Source of the DNA: Octopus vulgaris
Taxonomy: Eukaryota
Assembly: GCA_951406725.2 (NCBI GenBank)
Contig: OX597818.1
Span: 68,386,001 to 68,450,000, forward strand
DNA length: 64,000 nt
Reading direction: 5' to 3'
In this document: piece after piece, positions 1 through 13,170 of the stretch
Numbering within the stretch: the first letter of the stretch is position 1
Layout of the letters: the number at the start of each line of letters is the position of its first letter
Translations under genes and position numbers: made by a program
Notes under the pieces: generated by a model
Told to the model about the DNA's origin: nothing
Seen by the model: the letters and a program-made list of their open reading frames with translations, nothing else
Databases searched by the model: none

Positions 1-34
1 TTCATATATGTGTGTGTTTATATACACTTATATA

Positions 35-73
<39 letters not shown>

Positions 74-123
74 GTATATATACACACATACATATATATA
101 TATGTATATATATATACATATAC

Positions 124-183
<60 letters not shown>

Positions 184-462
184 ATGTACATACGTATATA
201 TACATATATATATATACATATATATTGTGAATTCTCTGTATGTATGTATGTAATATATATGTATATATATATAAATAAATGTATATATATATACGAGTAT
301 GTCTCAGCGTATGTATCTGTATATTATGAATCTATGAGTAAATATGAAGTGCGTGTATATATATATGTGTGTGTGTGTATATATACACATACTCACGCAC
401 TCACACACACACTCTCTCCCTTACACACACTCACACATATATATAGAGAGAGACACACACAC
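1..462. repeat. (TA)n/(TG)n/(CA)n compound microsatellite
   Basis: Dinucleotide runs; the YIYI ORFs here are translation artefacts. Confidence 0.95.
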
Positions 463-975
463 AGAATCAGAGGATGGTGAGTGAATGGGAAATGGAAACT
501 TATAAATATAGTCGTACTGTTATATTTCTAAACTCCGTAATAAGGAAATATTTAAACACAAAATATACGCCATTGTTTATACTGAAATGCTTGGTCAACA
601 CAACAAATAAAATATCAATTGTGCACCAATTAGATATCTCTTTCTCTTTTAAATTAACCATATAAATTTTATGTTATCAAGGGGATGTTTGCATAATTAC
701 TGTATACAATGATGTTCTTCAGATTGTGAAGTATTGTTTAAGATAGAGCTTTTTCTGTTACAGTAATAATAATAATAGTGTTGTTACTGCGTGGTGGTGG
801 CGGTGGCTGCTGCGGCGGCGGCGGTGGTTGTGGTGGTGGACTAGGATGGGTAGTGGTGGTAGTTCTTTTAGCCCCAGGTCTGTTGTGATCATGCAAACTT
901 GTTTGCAATGTAGCGCCAGACATGATCATTCATGCCTTATGCACATAGCTGCAACTACGTCATCTAATATACTCA

Positions 976-1081
976 TTTCTTTACTACCCATAAGGGGCTA
1001 AACACAGAGAGGACAAACAAGGACAGACAAACGGATTAAGTCGATTACATCACCCCCAGTGCGTAACTGGTACTTAATTTA
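976..1081 (-). mobile_element. SINE family A fragment (3' part)
   Basis: Reverse complement matches the unit at 39630-39735 (AAGTACCAGTTACGCACTGG...TTTAGCCCCTT...GGTAGTAAAGAAAT). Confidence 0.85.
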
Positions 1082-4000
1082 CGCCTTTACATAATCTAAT
1101 ATACCATCTGCATATTTTTGCGAGAAAGGTGTGCCTTGGAGGAGATTTGGCTGCTGTTTCTAACAGTTCAAGTGATGTTGTAAAAACATCGACTTCTTCA
1201 TTGGGTTGTAGATTCTAGGTAAGGCCAGAGCAGGGGCGGTAATACTCGACTTGGGGTAGAACTTGTTATTTCTGAGAAGAACTTGCTGTTTCCTTTAAGT
1301 ATTACATTCAGCTTTTAACCAACAGCAATTTTATTGCTCATGTTGATGTTCTTGCTATTTTAGAACCAAATCTTCCCTGATCAAGGTCATATATGACCGC
1401 ATGGCATTACAGTCATGACTATCCCATATTTTACTAATCTAAAATCAAACAGTCACCATTCACAAGGGCGTATGACTTGATAGCATGCACCGAACTTTTG
1501 CTAATTGTTTTAGCCGCCTTTGTAGTCATGAGCTGACATAGAGATCCACGTGACCCTTCTACCACGCAGTACAGTGGAACAGAAGGGAGAATACGAGTGA
1601 AGAGAGAAAGAGAGAGAGAGAGAGAGCTACATCAGCTCAATACTGGTATCTTTTTCAGTTATGTATGCTGAAATAATGTACTTTTTCCAAGGTCAAAACG
1701 CACTGCCAGGTGTGGAGATGAACGTAGGATCTTTTGATGTTGAGCCTAACACATCCTTTACAACAGAACCTCAGAAGAGTCATATAGTCCATACATGTTT
1801 TTAAAAAACCATCCACAATAAACAGACTCTAAGTTTACTGAATGAGATACTGTCGAATGCTTTATTCTTTAAGCTTTATTCTTTAAGCTCCGAATCTTTA
1901 GTCATTAACTCCCTTGAGTATTTTACAATAAAGACGACAATAGTTCCATCCTAGATTTTTGTTAGAGAAACTTTACACAGACTTTGCACTTCGTTAATGA
2001 TACATGATCGTCATTTGTCGCACATTTTTCCATGCTTGTAAAGTTCACATAGAATTCGTTGAAACACATTTTTTATGGTCTCTGCACTTCCTGTCGCAAA
2101 CATTCACCGGTTTCCAAGTAAGCTAATATTCTCCCATGGCCAGAAATGTCCTCATAGATAGCTGGAAACGAATGACACCTCTTGTATGACTCTTATACAC
2201 AACTATGACACGCCATAGATATATGCATGCACACACACATGTGTACATAACAATGTCCATACATATATGCATCATTCTGAACATGACTATGTTCCAGTTA
2301 TATCTTTTCTATTACAGATTTTTTTCACATTTTCGTATATATCTTGTTCTTAGTTAAGAACAGTAAAGTTCCAAGATCTGTATTCGACGTTATGGATCTA
2401 AATAACCTCATTTTCTCCAAACAAAATCAGTTTCTTTTATAGTGATCGAATCTTTGTAGATTTTTACCGCCAAAGGTGCTTTGACCGTTAGGCTTTCACG
2501 TCAGTGGACACCCGTCAATTTGTTTATTGTGGTCAAATTCATGTAGGCAATGCCGCCTAAATTTTACTCGGTTTATTTCAGTGTCCGTCTACTTAATTCA
2601 CTCACAATGATTCGGTTTGCTCCAAGCTATAGTAGAAGACACTTACCTCAGGAGTCGCATGTTGTAAATAAACCAGAAACCGTGTGGCTGTGAAACGAAC
2701 TTCTTAACCACTCAGATATGTCTGCAGCTATTGGAGAATTGGTAAAAGGAAACCCAAACCCTTCTATCGACATTCGTATGAGATCATTTGCCAGGGAAGA
2801 GATAAACCATGTTAGACCCTGTGTTCATCTTGGATTTACTTCCTTTGAAATTTATCACAATAAATATTCAGGCGGTTCTTGAGTCTGGTGAGTGGAAAGT
2901 TATTTCCAAACTGGAAATCTAGTGTACATGCTTGTAATAGAGTGAGGTCTGATTAAGTTTACTAGTGATGTTATTTAATCAAATTACAGATTCAGTGTAC
3001 CACTCAAGATGATCATGGCAAGATTTAAACTCAGATGGTAAATAATTGGAACCACTACTTCGGGGCAACTGACTTGACGGACTTATTTCCTACCCAACTT
3101 AAAAGAAAGTAGATTTCGGCCGAATTTGAACCTAAAGTGCGCAGTATTGGTACAAATATTTCAAAATATTTTATATGTTTCTCTCATGACTGCTAATTCA
3201 CCGCTTATGGGAACTTATCCATTATGCCTCATTCTCAGAACTTTATCAAGAGCAAAATCGGCTCAGTTTTTGGGTAAATACTTAAATATACATGTGTGTG
3301 TTTTTGTGCACGCTCGAAAGGGAGTGTGGTAAACGAAATCTTAACGTGTCCTCGTTATGGAATAGTTTTGGTCTTAAGTTTGTAACCAACAATATCCAAT
3401 TACGCATATGTACACCACGCATACGTCAAATATATTATTACGAAAATATTGACAAGAAATAACTGTGTTCTACAGGGATATATTTATTTCTTTCGTCATG
3501 GGAGATCATCAGGCATTAAAATAACAATGTCAATTATTGCTATGTATATATTGAGAGAGAGGGAGAGCCACCATGGCTATCTTGCCATCAGAATACAATA
3601 GCAGTGAAAGTATGGATGTAGGAGAGGACATAATGATGTTGTAAAGTGAGAGGGATTGATTATTTCTGAAATAACAATGGAATCGTGACATGCAAATTAT
3701 AGAACATTATTTCGGGTAATAAATATGTGTTTTTTAAATGAGTTGTAGGTCTAGTTTTTTTTATTTACTCTGGTAATAACTTTTACTCGTTTTTTTAGCA
3801 ATGAAGTTTTACTTGTTTGTTTTAAATATTAAGACCAAGATTTTAATAATTTTGAGAAAATATATAAATAATATATAATGCATTAAAACGGATATAAGAT
3901 ATATCAAAAGAACACACATTGTAATTAAATTTAAATTATTATTTGGATCATTGTATTTATACAAGGATTAAAAAATAATAAAAAGAGAATTTGGTGAAAC

Positions 4001-4188
4001 TCGAGAATATATGTACTTAATTTCTACCATAGGAATGTGACTCTTTTACACTCTTTTAGACTCAGTCACTTTCATGATATGTTTAAGATTAGACACATCA
4101 TCTTCCGCGCGTGAATGTGTTAAACAGGATTTATGCATGTATATATGAAAACATGTGTGATATATATATATATATATATATATATGAA

Positions 4189-4504
4189 GGCGCGTGGCTT
4201 AGTAGTTACGGCACAGACAATCGTAAAGTGATGAGTTCAGTCCCCGGCGACGCGTTGTGTCCTTGAGCAAGACACTTTATTTCACGTTGCTCCAGTTCAC
4301 TCAGCTGCCAAAGATGAATTGTACCTGTATTTCAAAGGGCCGGCCTTGTCACACTCTGTGTCACGCTGATTCTACCTGAGAACTACGTTAAAGGTACACG
4401 TGTTGGTGGAGTGCTCAACCACTTGCACATTAATTTCACGAGCAAGCTGTTCCGTTGATCGAATCAGCTGGGACCTTCGTCGTCGTAACCGACGGAGTGC
4501 TTCC
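4189..4504 (+). mobile_element. tRNA-derived SINE family C (CORE-like)
   Basis: A-box-like GTGGCTTAGTAG, B-box-like GAGTTCAGTCC, then CCTTGAGCAAGACACTT; homologous copy at 40398-40690. Confidence 0.8.
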
Positions 4505-5590
4505 ATATATGAGATACAGTCAAAACAAAATATATTCAAATCAAAAACATATATCTAAAATTTATGCATATGAATTTTGTGGATGACACCGTGATGACAT
4601 ACCTGGAATGCTTTCACAGGTCAAGGATAACAGGGTTTACTATTTAGTTGTTACTTTATCTAAAAGAGTATGTCATAGATTTTACCTGTATTTTACCTGT
4701 TTGAACATTTTTATTTGCTTGTATTTTCCTATTTATAGCAATTTTTTTTAGCAAATAGGATTTAGCAGTTGTGCTGTAGCTGTTCATAAGTTTAATGATT
4801 TTATTCATTTATATTTTCATTTTATGTTATATACTTCATTTATCTTCGGCGTTCGTATGAATGAAGATAGTGAAATAGTTGTATTTTTGTTTCCTGATGT
4901 ACAAATTTGGTGGTTATAAGTGTGTTTGAACGGATTTGATGTAAGCCCTTAAGCTAAGTTGTTAGTTTTTGTTGTACGTTTAAACATTTCACCGGAAAGA
5001 GAATTTAGATTGTAATGGACAAATAATATTCCATTCACAGTTGCAGTTGTTTTTTGTCAGATTAGCGATTGATTTTAAACAAAGTGAAAGAAGGCAAGGA
5101 TTTTCCTCTACAAACCGTCCATAAGAACATATTCGAATTTCTTCCGCTTTAACTTTACAATAACTTAGATTCATGCTGTGCATAAACAACCGCAAATATG
5201 AACTCTTTACACCATTCCCGCTGATGTCGTCTTACCCCACATGGTCACATTCTGTTGACAGAAACAAACACATTGTTCAAAACTCCTTCTATAAAGTAAA
5301 CAATTTTCTCTATTCAACAAAATATTTTTACAGTTTCTTTCTGCTTTAGAGAATTAATGACATTAAATTTGATATTTTCCTTTTTGCTTTGCTATTTTCG
5401 CAAATTCACCGTAACCTCGCTGCCCGGCAAAACAGACCTACAAAATAAGTGTCATGCTTTAAAAAGATAAGGAGTTGGGTTAATTCGTTCCCCTAAAATT
5501 TTTTGAGGTGTCACCACTGCATGGCCGCAGTCTGAAGATTGAAAGAATTAAAAGATAAAATTTAAATATATATATGTATACATTAATTAA

Positions 5591-5966
5591 ACACAGTTAA
5601 TGGGAGTTAAATGTATGGATCAAAACAATTTGATTCACACTCCTTGGTACTCTGAGTTTCAAGCGTGTGGCTAGTCTTCGACCATTGGGATTTGAATGAG
5701 AGTTCGATTGAAGAGAGTCTATATTTACTACTGGACGTTAGCCTGCGATTGGTCGAGAAAGGTCACGCGTCAGAGCAGTCTGATGTTGGTGTTTCAGCGA
5801 CAACAATTACTTGGAAAAATCGTATGGTAAATAAGCGTGTGGCCGAAGACCAGCCACCGGCTTGAAACTCAGAGTACCAAGGAGAGTGAATCTAATTGTT
5901 TTGACCCATACATGTAACTCCCAATAAATGTGTTGGGTGCCCTTCTTTCGTTTGTCTACTCACTCG
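5591..5966. mobile_element. Fold-back element (~94-bp inverted arms) with atypical hammerhead motifs; PLE pLTR-like
   Basis: 5591-5684 is the near reverse complement of 5840-5933; each arm has TGG-(C/T)CGAAGA-stem-GAAACTCAGAGTA-CCA. Related copy at 62470-62680. Confidence 0.75.
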
Positions 5967-6073
5967 TATGTGTGTGTGTGTGTATGTATGTATGTGTGTA
6001 TGTATGTATGTATGTATGTATGTATGTATGTATGTATGTATGTATGTATGTATGTATGTGTGTATGTATGCAT

Positions 6074-6570
6074 GGTCGGGTCGTCAGTGACTAAACCGGC
6101 AACCCCACCAAGCTTGCTTGGTGAGGAGGGTGTTTATTGGTCACCCTGCGAGATGAAAATCAAAACCCATTAAATGGTGGAGGAACTCTTGAGATTCAAC
6201 GGCCATCCAATAAATGTCTTAAGGCTGTATCATGCGCGGAGACATAGAAATAATCGGACTGAATGCCCGATCGCGCGGTTAAACCATTGGGAGTGAAGGA
6301 CTCCTAGCCTTTGTTAGAGCATCCTTCAAGGAGAAGATAACTCAGGTAACTGGGATAACTCCGACATAAAACCTGCTGCTCAGTGGTTACCGATGATGTT
6401 GACTTGTTTTTCTTTTCGGATTATGGCTGCTGTTGCTTAGTTAGTGGGATCGAATCAGTGCACAGCCTTTCCTCACTTTAAAAAAAATCTTCTTGCACAG
6501 GCATTGCACGATAATGACATTGATCAAGCTTTGTGCAATGGTCATACTCGATAACGAGGGGGCAGCCACC
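6074..6570 (+). mobile_element. ~500-bp non-coding interspersed element inserted in (TATG)n, possibly RTE-derived
   Basis: Higher-GC block with (TATG)n on both sides and no long ORF; orientation and family are inferred. Confidence 0.45.
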
Positions 6571-6818
6571 ATGTATGTATGTATGTATGTTTGTCTGTCA
6601 AATATTGGATTATGATTTCCTTGGATGGGAATGGTCAGATGCTCTCTTCGATTTTTTCCGCGCAATGAGGTTTTTAACCAAAGATTCTAGCAGCTATTAT
6701 TTATAGATTGTTCCGCTTCGAGTTCCATCGCATAAACTATTTGTTTCATATCGGTCGAAATTTCGAAATTACCATTACGTACACAACATATATACTTTGC
6801 ATATACATGTGAGAGTAC

Positions 6819-6890
<72 letters not shown>

Positions 6891-6944
6891 GTATATATAT
6901 ATCTATTTATATGTATATATATATGTATGCATGTATATATCTAT

Positions 6945-6990
<46 letters not shown>

Positions 6991-7001
6991 TATATATACA
7001 A

Positions 7002-7038
<37 letters not shown>

Positions 7039-8589
7039 CACACATATATATATATACATATATATGTAGGTGTGTATGTTTGTATATATGTATATATATA
7101 TATGTATTTATGTATATGCGTATGTCTGTACATGCATTTATACATACAAGAAAAATTGAAGCCTGAAGTAGTTACATAGCTATTGATGTTGCTAAGATGA
7201 GTTAAAATTACCGTCAAATCACCAGAGATTTGTCATTCACTCTGCTAATGGATTCCATAAAGCTGGCTTAGAAATATTTCATCATAACATATCAACGTTT
7301 GAATTTGTAAAAATATTGTAAAGGGGGAGAAATACAAAAAAAAAAAAACAGAGCTAATTTGTTTATTCGTTCATAATAATTGGAGTACAATGAAAACATT
7401 TTATAAAATATGTACATATAATTTCTAAGATACCGGCCTATATAAACTATACATTCATCATTTGTTCATTCAAAATTATGTTTACATTAGTAGTATAAAA
7501 AGTTGATTATATGTATATGTTTTTGTGTGCATAGGTGTATTTATGAATATCTGTCTATATGTATATTGAAGCATAATTATTTACCTAAAACCTAACTTCA
7601 TATATTCTTTCAAATAATTCAAATATTCATAATGTTTGCATTCGTTGTGATTCTAAAAAATTCGTAATCAATGGTATTCATGTTCACTTTTTATGTTTCG
7701 GGGAAAACTATTATTTAACTGTGGAATAAGTCGAAATAATCGTTATTTTACAATGTAACACAAACTGTTATTTAATTTACAGGAAATTATTTTTGCTCCA
7801 TCGAAGATTTCACTGACTTTGTTTACGTTACGACTTTCAATCTTACTTTTTAACTCTCCAGTTTAAAGGAACTCACTTTTGCAAATTTCTCAGTATTATT
7901 ATTCCGGTAATTTGTCTGATTTCACGATTCCAGATGAAGGAAATCTGTCTGTATTGTTTTACTGATGAGGATTGGAGAGAACGTTGATGTAATATGGAGA
8001 GAAAAGCAGGGTTTCAATCTAGCCACTCTTGCAGAGAAAATCCTTACCCCTATAAAAGTCGTGGAACCGTGCACATAAATTCCGGCAGGCATTCTGAGTC
8101 AGCTAGATACAGTGAGATACAAGGACTCACGATGAAAGATCCCCACCGCATATGGCATCTCCCGATATTTCTTCAAGAGACTGTACAAAGGTATAGCTGA
8201 TGTGTTAAGACAGATACCAGCCGTGCCGAAAATTTAGCATCGTTACTGGCGTCTACTAATGTCGCATTCCTTCTCGCCTTCTCTGCGTTGATTTTGTTAT
8301 GAAGATGGAACCGATAAGATTACTGAAAGACTGCAATGGTTGGAAAGCAAACGCTTAACGTCCCGGCCTCCGTTGATGGCATTGCACAATCGGCAGAAAC
8401 ATCAGCTGAGCAGCAGAAAATTACAATCAAGATAAAAAAAACCAGCATCGAAGACAACACAAAATTAACTATGCGAGGAACGGTCAAATATATGTACCAT
8501 TTATTTCCAAATATGTGTGTGTTTATGCGTTTCAGCCAAAAGGTTTTGCAATGCTGTGTTAACAACTTTTCAGTGGCTCAATCGCCATT

Positions 8590-8762
8590 CTATGTAATTG
8601 GTTCTTTTGAAGGAGGAAGTTCGATGTTGCTGCTGTCTTTTGAGTTTCTTTCCGTGATGTAGGTTCATCTGGTCCGTTAGACAGTAAAAGGTCGTGTTGT
8701 TCCTTGCAAACATCAGACCCTACTCCATGTAGATCTTTCAGATGTTTTCGCAAGATATTAAA
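8590..8762 (-). pseudogene. 3' fragment of the CR1/L2-like LINE
   Basis: NILRKHLKDLHGVGSDVCKEQHDLLLSNGPDEPTSRKE aligns with NILPQNLRDLHGVDADVF*VGLDLFLSGVPDEPTSRQE at about 62120-62235. Confidence 0.8.
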
Positions 8763-8906
8763 TATGCAAATATGTATGTGTGTATGTGTGTACGTACGTC
8801 ATTGTTCAGTTTTATTTCAAGATTTCTTGCCAATAGACAAGGACCGGTTTATAACCACGATCTAAGGCTCCTTCATTGGAATTTCAACATCAGCAAGTTA
8901 TTTTTG

Positions 8907-9390
8907 TATGTATGTATGTATGTATGTGTGTATGTATGTATGTATATATGTATGTTTGTATGTATGTATGTATGTATGTATGTGTGTGTATGTGTGTGTA
9001 TGTATGTATGTATGTATGTATGTATGTGTGTGTGTATGTGTGTATGTATGTATGTGTGTGTATGTATGTATGTATGTATGTATGTATGTATGTATGTATG
9101 TGTGTGTATGTATGTATGTATGTATGTATGTATGTATGTATGTGTGTATGTATGTATGTGTGTATGTATGTATGTATGTATGTGTGTATGTGTGTATGTA
9201 TATATGTATGTTTGTATGTATGTATGTATATGTGTGTATGTGTGTGTGTATGTATGTATGTATGTATGTGTGTATGTATGTATGTATGTATGTATGTATG
9301 TATGTATGTATGTATGTATGTATGTATGTATGTATGTATGTATGTATGTATGTATGTGTGTATGTATGTATGTATGTATGTATGTATGTA
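8907..9390. repeat. (TATG)n microsatellite, ~480 bp
   Basis: Visible directly; source of the MYVC ORFs. Confidence 0.97.
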
Positions 9391-9479
9391 TTAATTATGT
9401 ATTCTCATACATATAGTTGCATATCTAGGCATGTACATATATATTTAAATGATAAACTTCTGGGAAATTTTATATATGT

Positions 9480-9680
9480 ATATGTTTGTGTGTCTGCATT
9501 TCCCGTACCATCCCTTGACAACCAATTTTGGTGTGTTTACGTCTCCGTAACTTAGCGGTTCGGCAAACGGGACTGATAGAATAAGTAATAGGCTTAAAAA
9601 CAATAAGTCCTGGGGTCGATCTGATTGACTAAAGGTGATGCGCCAGCATGGCCGCAGTCAAATGACTGAAACAAATGTAG
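9480..9680 (+). mobile_element. SINE family B 3' half
   Basis: CCGTAACTTAGCGGTTCGGCAAA...CCAGCATGGCCGCAGTCAAATGACTGAAAC, as in 60340-60475. Confidence 0.85.
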
Positions 9681-9717
9681 GAACAAATTTTTTACAGTTC
9701 CAGTGATGGATTGGATC

Positions 9718-9788
<71 letters not shown>

Positions 9789-10042
9789 GAGTGTGTGAGC
9801 GTATGTGTATACTGTATATATGTATCTGTATATATCTATATCAATGCGTGCGTGTATGCATTTTTCATATCTAGATTCGCTTGCAAACACATGCATATGC
9901 TCACCGTACTCTCACTGGCCATAAAATATTTTTTTTAAAAATAAAAAAGTAAATGGCAAAATGAAGATTCCTATACTCCAAATAAACTGATCGTAAATCA
10001 AACGATATCATCCAGCAGGTAATCGATATTCAGTTCCTGCAA

Positions 10043-10243
10043 GGCTGTGAGCTGGCAGGATCGTTAACACTCCGGACGAAATGCTTAGCAGTATTTCGTC
10101 TGTCTTTACGTTCTGAGTTCAAATTCCACCAAGGTCGATTTTGCACTTCATCCTTTCGGAATCGATAAATTAAGTACCAGTTACATAATCGACTGGCACC
10201 CTCACCCAAAATTTCGGGCCTTGTACCTAGAGAAGAAAAGAAT
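10043..10243 (+). mobile_element. SINE family A monomer
   Basis: GAGCTGGCAGGATCGTTAAC head, B box GAGTTCAAATTCC, TTCATCCTTTCGG core, tail GGGCCTTGTACCTAGAG. Confidence 0.85.
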
Positions 10244-10609
10244 ATATGATATGCTGTGTTCTCTTGGATCTCCAGTTGGGATGTAGTGAAGAAACGTATG
10301 GGTTCAAGCTGTTAGGTTCAGCAGCTAATGGCAGCGGTCGCACTTCGCTAGTGTTCGCATGACTTGCGCGCAGACCACGTGGTTTCCAGTTGCCATTTTC
10401 GAAATGATAAATGGCTGAAATGAAACCACGAATGCCTTCAAAATATTGGAAATTTCGCCCACACAGGGGCGAAATTCTATGTAAATATTTATCAAGTTTT
10501 GTTGTGAATGTTCTTGCACAATTTTTAAACACGAAATAATACTTGACAATAAAGAGTTTCAAATATGTAAAAATGGCCAACTTACGTGGAGCCCATTTGA
10601 CTAGCGTCC

Positions 10610-10623
10610 AGAGATAGATAGAC

Positions 10624-10682
<59 letters not shown>

Positions 10683-10683
10683 C

Positions 10684-10738
<55 letters not shown>

Positions 10739-10819
10739 CATATAGATAGATAGACAGATAGACAGATAGATAGATAGACAGACAGACAGATAGATAGATA
10801 GACACAGACAGACAGATAG

Positions 10820-10877
<58 letters not shown>

Positions 10878-10920
10878 AGATAGGTAGATAGATAGATAGA
10901 CAGACAAACAGGTAGACAGA
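10610..10920. repeat. (GATA)n/(GACA)n/(GA)n microsatellite
   Basis: Visible directly. Confidence 0.97.
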
Positions 10921-11012
10921 TGTACTGAAAGATAGATAATAGTTAATAGTTCCCATTACGATAATTTTGAACTATATTCGTCCTCGAAAATCAGCAAAAT
11001 AAAAGTCCTTTG

Positions 11013-11100
<88 letters not shown>

Positions 11101-11499
11101 GATACATATCTATATGTCTGTATGTGCGCGTGTTTGTGTATCTATCTAATTAACACTTAAAGATCTGTAATCGTTGATCTGCTCAACTTTCTCCCATTTG
11201 TAGTTATACACCAACAACGCATTTAACTACTCCTTGATATTTTGTACAACTTACTTATTCCGGGAGCGAAGCTCTACGCTGCAGCCGCCCTCAACAAAAT
11301 GTAAGGAAATCAGCGAGGAAGTGTGTTTACTAGAGGAGAATGTATTATTGTACAGTGCTGATGTGTTTGGAAATATTTGTACGTTGTATGGCCAAGAGGA
11401 GTGTGACGTTTAGAGACAAACTTTAAAACAATTAAATCGTCACGTATGCAGCTGTCATCATTTTTCTGCCATTTCTGCTACTACTATAATGTTTTCTAC

Positions 11500-11760
11500 T
11501 TCCAGGAAGTAGTTCATGTCACCACAACTCATATATTGCTACTGTACGCATCTCCCGTCCTTCCATTACGCTTGTTGTATGCACCTTACTTTCAGCGACT
11601 TTGCACGAATCACTGCACCCATTTCATCAAACCCTCAACGTCTGCTCTCTAGAATGCGCCCCGTCCAATGCCTTTCTTTCAGTGTTGATTGCAATGCTTC
11701 AATAGGAATATTTATGGTATTACCTCACAGGTTTAGAAGATCATTCGAAGAGAAATGGTC
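11500..11760 (-). pseudogene. Possible decayed RTE-type AP-endonuclease N-terminus
   Basis: Minus-strand reading STLKERHWTGRILESRR*...VRCIQQA*WKDG loosely resembles TL.GR..E...RR...CIQE.RWKG; many stops. Confidence 0.3.
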
Positions 11761-12957
11761 CTACTCCTTCACCCAGTAAATAAGCAAAACAAAATCTGTT
11801 AAATAATTTCATGAAAACAGCCGACTTGTTCACGTTTTTATTACCAATTTGTCCTTAGAGCCAATAATTCATGTACATAGTTAAATCTAAAGTCATGGTT
11901 CTATATCACACTGCTCAGGATTCCTGGAGGATTTTTCCAAGACTGTTCCCTCATTCATACACACATTAATATACATTTACATATATTCTCGTGTGAATGC
12001 CAAAAGCAATATTCAAATTTTGCATAATCTTTATTAGGTTTTTCAGCCTTGTTTGCAAATATTTGTGTGAAAGTATATGCATATGTCTCTCTGTGTATGT
12101 GTGTGTGTGTATAATTATATATGTCGATATATGCACACATCTCTGCGTATACGTTTGTGTACACACGTAGCTACGTCCATAAATACATACACTATTATTT
12201 ATTAATAAAACATAATGATGTTGAATAGGAGGACAGACTATATTCATAAATGTTCTGTTAATAAAATCTAAGAAATCAAATATTGCATATTTGTGTATTT
12301 GTTGGCGAAAAAAATTTTTCTTTTCTTAAAAATTTGCAAAAATGATATTGCAAATATGACTGAAAGGATTTCTGGTAAAATTTATTAAATTTTCAATTTA
12401 CACCTTTTAATTATACTTGGCATTCTGTTGCCATTCCATTTCCAAGTTGTTTTTCTTTACAATTAAGATTTTCTTTCTGTTTTCTAATGTTTGTTCTTTC
12501 TTTCTTTCTTTCTTTGTGTTTGTTTGGTGATATGTATAGCCTATGTTCAAATGTCAACAAACATAGAAATAGATTCTGTAAATGTGAGAAAGATTCTTTT
12601 TTTTTTCCATTTAGATTAAGTCTCAACACCACTATTGAAAACGTTCGAATGGCACAAAGCTATATCTATGGTTCCGGAGTACATATTTCGTAAGTTCAAA
12701 TCTAATGACTGACATTATGTTGCAGCTGGTAAAGCTGCTGAGTAGAGATATATAAATACATCTGCCTTCATTTTGTTCGACGGATCGATGAAAAGAAAAT
12801 TAACCTTCACTCACACCTCCCTTCAGTGTGAGTTAGCTCTCGGATTGACATTAATCTGTTAGATACGAAGGTAGCCAGACTGGCGAGTGTTTTAAAAGGA
12901 TAAGCAAAATACATTGTGATATTTTGTTCCGGTTCCCTGTGATGTGAGTTTAGATAT

Positions 12958-13170
12958 TCTTTTCTAATCTAGGCACAAGGACACAACGTTTTGAGGAGGG
13001 GGTTAGTCGATTAGATCGACCTCCAGTATGCAACAGATACTTAATTCATTGACCCCGAAAGGATAAAATGTAAAGTCGACCTCGGCGGTATTTGAACTCA
13101 GAACGTAAAGACACGAAATACTGCAAAGCACTTCGCCCGGCGTGCTAACATTTCTGCCAACTCGCCGCCG
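12958..13170 (-). mobile_element. SINE family A monomer
   Basis: Reverse complement of family A from the head (GGCGGCGAGTTGGCAGAAATGTTAGCACG) to the tail. Confidence 0.85.

Noticed and set aside
6074-6135. HDV-like ribozyme at the element's left end
   Set aside because: Could not build the nested double pseudoknot by eye.
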